Source of the DNA: Dehalococcoidia bacterium
GTDB taxonomy: Bacteria; Chloroflexota; Dehalococcoidia; Lucifugimonadales; UBA3495
Assembly (NCBI GenBank): GCA_965205495.1
Contig: CBDBHA010000002.1
Coordinates: 294,451-358,450, forward strand
Direction of reading: 5' to 3'
Length of the DNA: 64,000 nt
The notes beneath the pieces were generated by a model. The model was not told the DNA's origin. It saw only the letters and a program-made list of their open reading frames with translations, and did no database searches. A program made the translations under genes and the position numbers. Shown one piece after another: positions 57,828 to 64,000 of the stretch (position 1 is its first letter; the number at the start of each line of letters is the position of its first letter).

Positions 57828-57935
57828 TTGTGCTAACCGGCGAATTGGGATAAATTAAGGCCGGTTGGAAACCCCGGTGGCGGCTGGTGGGAAGGCGATG
57901 CCGCCACCTTGAAAAAGTCCGAACGTTAACCGGCC
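57828..57935 (+). promoter_or_regulatory. Putative promoter plus structured 5' leader
   Basis: TTGTGC-N17-TAAATT; stems GGCCGGTT/AACCGGCC and GGTGGCGGC/GCCGCCACC. Confidence 0.45.
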
Positions 57936-57951
57936 CCTGGGAGGAGTCTCC

Positions 57952-59115
57952 ATGCCCGACACCCCTTTGTTTCCCGTAACCGTTGTTGGCAGTTGGCCCC
58001 GCTCCACCGAGTTGGTGCGGGCTTTGCGCCGCAAGGAAGCCGGAGAAATTACCCTGGCCGAGTTCAACGCCGCCGCCGACGGGGAAGTGCTGGCCTGCAT
58101 CCGGGCCCAAGAAGAGGCCGGTGTTGACATAATCAGCGATGGGGAGCAGCGGCGGGACAATTTCTACTCCTTCGCCGTCGACAAGCTAACCGGAATGCAA
58201 TTGATGAAAGTCTCGGAGTTGTTGGACTACTCACGGGACCGCGCCCGCATGGAAGAAGTGCTGCGGGCGTTGGACGTGCCGTCCTTTGCCATCAAGAGTC
58301 CCATCGTGGTGGACCGCATCGGGAAGCGGGAAGGTCTGGCCCTGGACGAACTGGCGTTTTTGCGGGAGCATACCGACCGGCAGATTAAGATTCCCCTGCC
58401 GGGCCCCTACATGCTCACCCGTTCGAGCTGGTTTGAGGGGCTTTCCGACCGGGTTTACCCCAAACCGGAAGACCTGGCCAAAGACGTGGTGGCCATCCTG
58501 CGAGAAGAGATAATCGCCCTGCGGGACCTGGGCTGCGATTTCGTCCAGCTTGACGAGCCAATTCTCAGCCAGGTGGTGTTCGGCGAGGAAAGCACCGAAA
58601 CCTTCATGTGCGCCGCCCTGCCCAACCGCCGCGACCCCACCGACGAGTTGGAATTTGCGGTGCGGCTGATGAATGAGACCACCGAGGGCATTGAGGGCAT
58701 CAAGACCGGCGTGCACATCTGCCGGGGCAACTGGAGCCGCCGGGAAGAAGTGCTGCTCACCGGAAACTATGGTCCGATGCTTCCTTACCTGACCCAGATG
58801 AACATCGACCAGTTGGTGTTGGAATGTGCCACGCCCCGGGCCGGGGAGATGGAAGTTTTCAAGGAGTACAGCAACGAAAAGGAAATTGGTTTTGGGGTGG
58901 TCAACCCGCGTACCGATGAAATCGAACCACCGGAGCAGATTGTGTCGCGGGTAAAAGAGCTGCTTCAGTACTTCGACCCGGACAAGATTTACCTCAACCC
59001 CGACTGTGGGTTCGGGACCTTCGCCGAGCGGAACGTCAACACCCACGAAATAGCGGCCCAGAAGATGAAAGTCATCGCCCAAGCCGCCGAGAAGCTGCGG
59101 GCGGAGTACAGCTAG
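57952..59115 (+). CDS. Cobalamin-independent methionine synthase II-like protein (single catalytic barrel)
   Basis: VVGSWPR, DGEQRR, QLDEP, HICRGN, NPDCGF zinc ligands. Confidence 0.9.
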   Translation: MPDTPLFPVTVVGSWPRSTELVRALRRKEAGEITLAEFNAAADGEVLACIRAQEEAGVDIISDGEQRRDNFYSFAVDKLTGMQLMKVSELLDYSRDRARMEEVLRALDVPSFAIKSPIVVDRIGKREGLALDELAFLREHTDRQIKIPLPGPYMLTRSSWFEGLSDRVYPKPEDLAKDVVAILREEIIALRDLGCDFVQLDEPILSQVVFGEESTETFMCAALPNRRDPTDELEFAVRLMNETTEGIEGIKTGVHICRGNWSRREEVLLTGNYGPMLPYLTQMNIDQLVLECATPRAGEMEVFKEYSNEKEIGFGVVNPRTDEIEPPEQIVSRVKELLQYFDPDKIYLNPDCGFGTFAERNVNTHEIAAQKMKVIAQAAEKLRAEYS

Positions 59116-59175
59116 TCCGGCCTGGGGGCCAACTTTCGATTAGTCCAAATCAGCAACAGCAACAAGGAGCGGAAA

Positions 59176-59709
59176 ATGGCAGAAGAACGAGACCTGAACG
59201 GGCTGCCCCGGGAAAAACTGGCCCAAGTGTTGGACTCTTTCCGCGACCCCGACGTTTTCAACGCGGTGACCGGCCCCTGGAAGTCGCGGGTGGTCTGGCA
59301 GGACGGAATGCGGGCGCGGGCCTATATGCGGAATCACCAGGTGGATATGGACGAGCCCGGCGACCTGACCGCCACCGACGTCGCCGCCAGCGCCCATGAG
59401 CAGTTGTTGTCGGCCATTGGAAGCTGCATGACGGTGGGCTTCGTGGTCAACGCCACCAAAAAGGGTGTCCGCATCCATGACCTGGAAGTTGCGGTGGAAG
59501 GCTATTTTGACAACATCCGCAAATGGGCCGGTGTGGAAGACGAGGGCAATCCCGGATACGGCCGGATTTCGGCCAAGTGTTTCGTGCGGGCCGACGCCGA
59601 CGAAGAGACGTTGCGGGAAATCTGGCGGCTGGCGGTGGAAGGTTCGCCGGTGACTCAGTCGGTGGTTAACCCAACCTCGGTCGAGACCGACTTTGAAATG
59701 GTTGGTTAA
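59176..59709 (+). CDS. OsmC family protein (single resolving-Cys-less type)
   Basis: DEP, EQLLSAIGSC, SPV in place of CPV. Confidence 0.85.
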   Translation: MAEERDLNGLPREKLAQVLDSFRDPDVFNAVTGPWKSRVVWQDGMRARAYMRNHQVDMDEPGDLTATDVAASAHEQLLSAIGSCMTVGFVVNATKKGVRIHDLEVAVEGYFDNIRKWAGVEDEGNPGYGRISAKCFVRADADEETLREIWRLAVEGSPVTQSVVNPTSVETDFEMVG

Positions 59710-60482
59710 TGACCACCTTTGTCACCGCTGAGTGGGTCGCGGACCATATTGGCCGGACGGGTTATCTGATAATTGATCCGCGGTCGGCCATGCGTTATCT
59801 CATGGGCCATCTGCAGGGGGCGGTTAGCGCCCCTTTCAAGAAGTTTCAGGGGCCCGATGGCCGGTTGGGTCCGCCGGAACAACTGGCCGCGGCTTTTGGA
59901 GACGTTGGCTTGGGGGACGATGTAACCCCGGTGCTGTACGACCATCAGGACGGGCGCAACGCCGCAATGGCCGCGTGGGTTTTGGAATTCCTGGGGCGGG
60001 ACGATGTTCACATAATGAACACGCGCTTCGAGGCCTGGAAGGAGCAGGGCCGGGAGGTCTTTTACCGGCCCGTGGCGGTTCAGTCCAAGGCTTTTACCCC
60101 CAGGTTGAATCCCAAGGTAAGGGCCACTTTGGAGGACGCCGCCAACCCGGGAGAAGCCAGGCTTTTGGACACCCGCTCCGTCGAGGAGTTTCGCGGCCAG
60201 GTTGAAACGGACCACCGGGCCGGTCACATTCCCAACGCGGTAAACCTTCCCCACATTGAAACCGCCGGCGCCGGCGGGAAATTTCTGGTTGATCCCGCCG
60301 TGCTGCGCCGACGCCTGGCCGGTTTGGGCATCAACCCCCAGGACTCGGTGGTGGCCTATTGCCGCAGCGGAGTCCGCGCTTCACTGGCCTACCTGGCCAT
60401 GAAGCAGGCGGGCTATGACGTCCGCCTCTACGACGGCTCCTACGCCGAATGGATGGACAGCGGCTTGCCGGTGGAAGTTTAG
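59709..60482 (+). CDS. Sulfurtransferase (tandem rhodanese)
   Basis: GHLQGA, GHIPNA, YCRSGVRA, LYDGSYAEW; TAATG overlap. Confidence 0.93.
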   Translation: MTTFVTAEWVADHIGRTGYLIIDPRSAMRYLMGHLQGAVSAPFKKFQGPDGRLGPPEQLAAAFGDVGLGDDVTPVLYDHQDGRNAAMAAWVLEFLGRDDVHIMNTRFEAWKEQGREVFYRPVAVQSKAFTPRLNPKVRATLEDAANPGEARLLDTRSVEEFRGQVETDHRAGHIPNAVNLPHIETAGAGGKFLVDPAVLRRRLAGLGINPQDSVVAYCRSGVRASLAYLAMKQAGYDVRLYDGSYAEWMDSGLPVEV

Positions 60483-60643
60483 CCCGCCCGCCTGCCCAGT
60501 CCTGCTCCCGCTAACCGTTCCACGCATCGGTTGTTTCTGCCCCATTCCTCTGGGGATTGGTCTATTCCCCTTTGGTAAGGGGGGAAGGCGGGCAGATATA
60601 ATCTACCTTCATCCAAGATTCGGCCACGAATGGGGGCCGGGCG

Positions 60644-63580
60644 TTGCCAGAGATAACCTGTCCAAATTGCCAGGGGGTCAACCAGGGCTCCAACCTTTTC
60701 TGCATCTTTTGCGGTCGTGGACTGCCGCCTCAGCCCGGAGCCCCGGATTTGCCTGAAGGCGGGACCGGCGGGGAGGACGCTCCGCAGGACTTTCCAACGG
60801 AAATCTCTCTGTTGCGCAGCCAGTTGCGCGAGGCCGGAATCTTCCTGGACCAATTGCAAGACCGCGTATTCCAGCTAGAACTGCGGAGCGCGACTCCAGC
60901 CGCACCAAGGCCGGCCGCTCAAGCCCCTGAACCAGAGGTCCCAGAAGCTGCCGGACCGCCGCCGGTTTTGGAACCCGAACCTGCCCCCGGCGAGGATGCC
61001 GAGGATGTGGGGCCCGGTGTTGAAGTACCTGCGGGAGCCGTCTTGGAAGCCCTGCCAGGGCCCGTCGCCGCAGCGGGAGCAATGGCGATTGGAACGCCCG
61101 CTACCCCAGAGCGGAGGTTGGGATTTTTTGAAGCCCTGGGGCTGCCTAATCTTTCCATAGACTGGGAAAACCTGTTGGGGCGGAACTGGTTCGCCATCAT
61201 CGGGGCGGTGACCCTGGTTTTGGGGATTGGTTTCTTCCTGAAGCTGGCCTTCGACAACAACTGGATTGGGGATACCGGCCGGGTGCTGCTGGGCGCCGGG
61301 CTGGGTCTGGCCCTCTTCGGGACCGGAGAATACGCTCACCGGCGGGTGCCCATCTGGGCGCAGCCGGTTACGGCGGGCGGGGCCTCGATCCTCTACCTGT
61401 CCATCTACGCAGCTTTCGGGCTCTACCAACTCATCCGGCCCGACGCAGCGTTCCTTCTGTTGGCCGTGGTCGTGGCGGTTGCCGGGGTCTTGGCCCTGCG
61501 GTACGGGTCCATCGTCATAGCGGTTTTGGGGATATTGGGCGCCTTTCTCTCCCCAATTCTCTTGGGTCCGGACCTCCCAGATGTCCGGTTGGTGCTGGTC
61601 TATATCCTGGTGATTGACCTGGGAATCCTGGGAGTATCCACCTTCCGGAACTGGCGTTGGTTCACCCTGTTGGGGTGGGTGGGGTCCTACGGACTGTTTG
61701 CCTATTGGTTGGTCCGGTTTCCGGGCTATGAACCGGTCCTGATTGAACTCGCCCTGGTCGGCGTTTTCCTGGTTTTTGCCGGTGCAACAACGCTGTTCCA
61801 CGTCCTTTGGCGGCGGGCGCCCGGGCCTCTCGATATGGGGCTGATGGCGGTCAACGCCACCGTCTTTTTCGCGTTGACTGTGCAAATAATGTGGGCGGAC
61901 TACGAACCCTGGTTCGGGCTGATTTCCTTCGCCTTGTCCGTTTTTTACGGACTTATCGCCCTTGTTGCGTTTAAAAGGTCCGACGCTCCCCCGCAGATTG
62001 CCCTCATCGCCCTGCCGGCGGCAATCGTTTTCCTGACGGTGGCCGTACCGTTGCAGTTGAGCGGGGTATGGGTGCCCGTGGCATGGGCCGCCCAGGGCGC
62101 GGTTATGACCTGGGTCGGTTTTATGCTGTCCAGGTGGCAGATGCGGGCCTTGGCCCTGGGCGCATTGGCGTTGGCGGCCGGCCATTTGCTGCTGTTTGAC
62201 GCCTGGTTGCCCTTGGAAGGGTTCGTCCCCGCCTTGAATGACCGGTTCCCGGTGTTCGTCGCGGTGATCGCGGGGTTCTATGCGGCTGGGTACGGTTATT
62301 GGCGCAACCGCGATATGACCGAATTCTGGGAGCGATACCCGGCCCAAGTCCTCTGGGCCGCAGCCAACCTGTTAACCTTGTTCCTTTTCAGCCTGGAGGT
62401 CATTTGGTACTTCTCAGGTGGGGCGGTTGACGCCGGACTTCGGTGGGATAACATCAATTCTCTCAACGATACTCTCCTTACCTTGACTGCGGTTTGGACC
62501 GTTTACGCCTTCGTCCTGGTGTCGGTTGGAAAATGGCGCGGGTGGCAACTGGCTCGGGCGGGGGGCCTGGGACTATTGGGGATCGCCGTGGTCAAGTTGT
62601 TGTTGTTTGACACCACCACCGTCTACCTTGACCTGGCGAGTTTCACGCCCGTTCTGAACGAAAGGTTCCTGGTTTTCGGCATCGTGATAGCCGCCAGTTA
62701 CGGCGTTGCGAACTACTACCGGGGACACCGGGGCCCGGTCGACCATTGGGAGAGTTACCTTGTTCCCGCCGCTTTGACCGCCGCCAGCGTCTCAACCCTG
62801 GTCTGGTTCAGCTTGGAGGCGGTGACCTATTTCAACAGCCGGGAATTCCAGGCCCCCGGGTCGGGGGTAAATAACGGCATTTACCTAACCCTGTCGGCGG
62901 GATGGGCGGTCTACGCAGCGCTGCTGGTGGGCGTTGGGCTGGCGAAAGGGTGGCTGCTGGCCCGGTGGGGAGGTCTGGCGTTGATGGCGGGGGCGGTGTT
63001 CAAACTCCTGGCGGTGGATACTTTCGTCGTCAGGTTGGACCCTTTCAGTTTTGTGCCTTTCCTCAACCCCCACTTCCTGACCATACTCCTGGTGACGGTC
63101 CTGCTGGCGGGCTTGGCATACTGGGGGTTGAGGAAACGGACGGGAACGGGAAGGTACGAACCCCTGGTTTTCCGCGGGTTGGCGGTGGCCGCCAACGTGG
63201 TGGCCGTGTGGGGGGTGAGCTTTGAAGCCCTGCACTACTTTGGCAGCCGGGAGGTGGTCCTGGGGGTCGACAATTTCAGCGCCAAGCACCTTACCCTGAC
63301 CGTTTTGTGGGCAGTTTACGCCGTTGGTGTGATTGGGGTGGGAATCGCCCGCCGTTCCAGCAAAATCAGATTGGCCGGGATCGCCTTGTTGGCCGTGCCG
63401 GTAATCAAGCTTTTCGCGTTCGACGTATTCCTGTTGGACCGGGAGTATCGGGTCGCCGCCCTCGTCACCTTGGGGGCGCTGCTGCTGGGAACGGGCCTGG
63501 TTTACCAACGCTACAGCCAGGCGTTGCGGGGGTTCCTCTTCGGCGCGCCACTTGACCCCGAAGAAACCCCGTCGCCATAG
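60644..63580 (+). CDS. DUF2339 family membrane protein with N-terminal zinc ribbon
   Basis: CPNC..FCIFCG; WENLLGRNW, repeated KLLLFD-type TM blocks. Confidence 0.88.
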   Translation: MPEITCPNCQGVNQGSNLFCIFCGRGLPPQPGAPDLPEGGTGGEDAPQDFPTEISLLRSQLREAGIFLDQLQDRVFQLELRSATPAAPRPAAQAPEPEVPEAAGPPPVLEPEPAPGEDAEDVGPGVEVPAGAVLEALPGPVAAAGAMAIGTPATPERRLGFFEALGLPNLSIDWENLLGRNWFAIIGAVTLVLGIGFFLKLAFDNNWIGDTGRVLLGAGLGLALFGTGEYAHRRVPIWAQPVTAGGASILYLSIYAAFGLYQLIRPDAAFLLLAVVVAVAGVLALRYGSIVIAVLGILGAFLSPILLGPDLPDVRLVLVYILVIDLGILGVSTFRNWRWFTLLGWVGSYGLFAYWLVRFPGYEPVLIELALVGVFLVFAGATTLFHVLWRRAPGPLDMGLMAVNATVFFALTVQIMWADYEPWFGLISFALSVFYGLIALVAFKRSDAPPQIALIALPAAIVFLTVAVPLQLSGVWVPVAWAAQGAVMTWVGFMLSRWQMRALALGALALAAGHLLLFDAWLPLEGFVPALNDRFPVFVAVIAGFYAAGYGYWRNRDMTEFWERYPAQVLWAAANLLTLFLFSLEVIWYFSGGAVDAGLRWDNINSLNDTLLTLTAVWTVYAFVLVSVGKWRGWQLARAGGLGLLGIAVVKLLLFDTTTVYLDLASFTPVLNERFLVFGIVIAASYGVANYYRGHRGPVDHWESYLVPAALTAASVSTLVWFSLEAVTYFNSREFQAPGSGVNNGIYLTLSAGWAVYAALLVGVGLAKGWLLARWGGLALMAGAVFKLLAVDTFVVRLDPFSFVPFLNPHFLTILLVTVLLAGLAYWGLRKRTGTGRYEPLVFRGLAVAANVVAVWGVSFEALHYFGSREVVLGVDNFSAKHLTLTVLWAVYAVGVIGVGIARRSSKIRLAGIALLAVPVIKLFAFDVFLLDREYRVAALVTLGALLLGTGLVYQRYSQALRGFLFGAPLDPEETPSP

Positions 63581-63581
63581 A

Positions 63582-63611
63582 GAAGGGTCTCCCAAAAGCG
63601 GGAGACCCTTC
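63582..63611. terminator. Hairpin between convergent genes
   Basis: GAAGGGTCTCCC AAAAGC GGGAGACCCTTC. Confidence 0.65.
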
Positions 63612-63664
63612 ATAATCACCGGGTGAACCGTGCCGGAACCGTTGGCTAGCCCGGGAGGGAAGTT

Positions 63665-64000
63665 TTACTCAAGCCATTTCATTTGTTCGTTCCAGCGTAC
63701 CTCCCGCTCTGCCCTGGGCGTGAATTCCAATTGTTCGGAGACCCCGTAGACGATGGGCAGTTCCAAAACCCCGGGGAGCAGTCCGGTGTCGTAAACGTAC
63801 TTCCAGAGCTCGTAGAGCTTGGCTTCCCGCGCGTCGTCGCTCAGGGTTCCGGCGGGCTGAATCTCCTGCTCCAAGAAGTCATCGCAGCCATAACCGGACC
63901 GGTGGTTGCAAGTAATGTTGCGGAGCGAGAACCAGGAGTCGCCGGTCTCGTTGCCGTGGGGCCAACTTATGATGTCGGCGCCCACCCCGTACAGGGGGCT
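63665..64000 (-). CDS. Family-5 substrate-binding protein, C-terminal part
   Basis: Resembles C-terminus of 12292 protein (ELPIVYGVSEQLEF vs DLFAIYGVNPKLRG); runs off window. Confidence 0.7.
   Translation of the reverse strand, partial: SPLYGVGADIISWPHGNETGDSWFSLRNITCNHRSGYGCDDFLEQEIQPAGTLSDDAREAKLYELWKYVYDTGLLPGVLELPIVYGVSEQLEFTPRAEREVRWNEQMKWLE

Noticed and set aside
1-64000. tRNA, rRNA, tRNA-Sec, integrase or prophage
   Set aside because: None recognised by eye; a tRNAscan/Rfam run would be needed to exclude them formally

Overview
GC-rich bacterial chromosome segment with about 60 genes. Six luciferase-like monooxygenases, a P450/ferredoxin pair, VOC, CMD, HpcH and amidohydrolase paralogues, futalosine-type menaquinone genes and orphan family-5 solute-binding lipoproteins suggest Chloroflexota/Dehalococcoidia of the SAR202 type; this assignment is inference only. 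Core genes include prfA-prmC, ubiX-menG, ubiD-ubiA(mqn) and ttuB-ttuA. Highlights not shown by the ORF track: (1) a probable selenoprotein, a tandem-domain OsmC-like protein with an in-frame UGA at the catalytic Cys position followed by a SECIS-like hairpin (55584-56582); (2) a hidden BrnT-like toxin frame coupled by an ATGA overlap to an antitoxin-N-terminus::PD-(D/E)XK nuclease fusion (35492-37136); (3) a promoter plus 10-bp-phased GGGAC-triplet module that brackets an orphan ORF at 3.6-4.2 kb and occurs empty at 48.8-49.0 kb; (4) an intact IS66 with two IS66-type MITEs, at least five CAGGG-ended (ISAs1-like) MITEs and a MITE-in-REP-in-MITE nest, with both main MITE families carrying REP-like hairpins; (5) a structured leader upstream of a MetE-like/OsmC/rhodanese operon; (6) several genes broken by single transitions, an 80-bp tandem duplication or compensating frameshifts. 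All family assignments come from motif recognition by eye, with no database searches.
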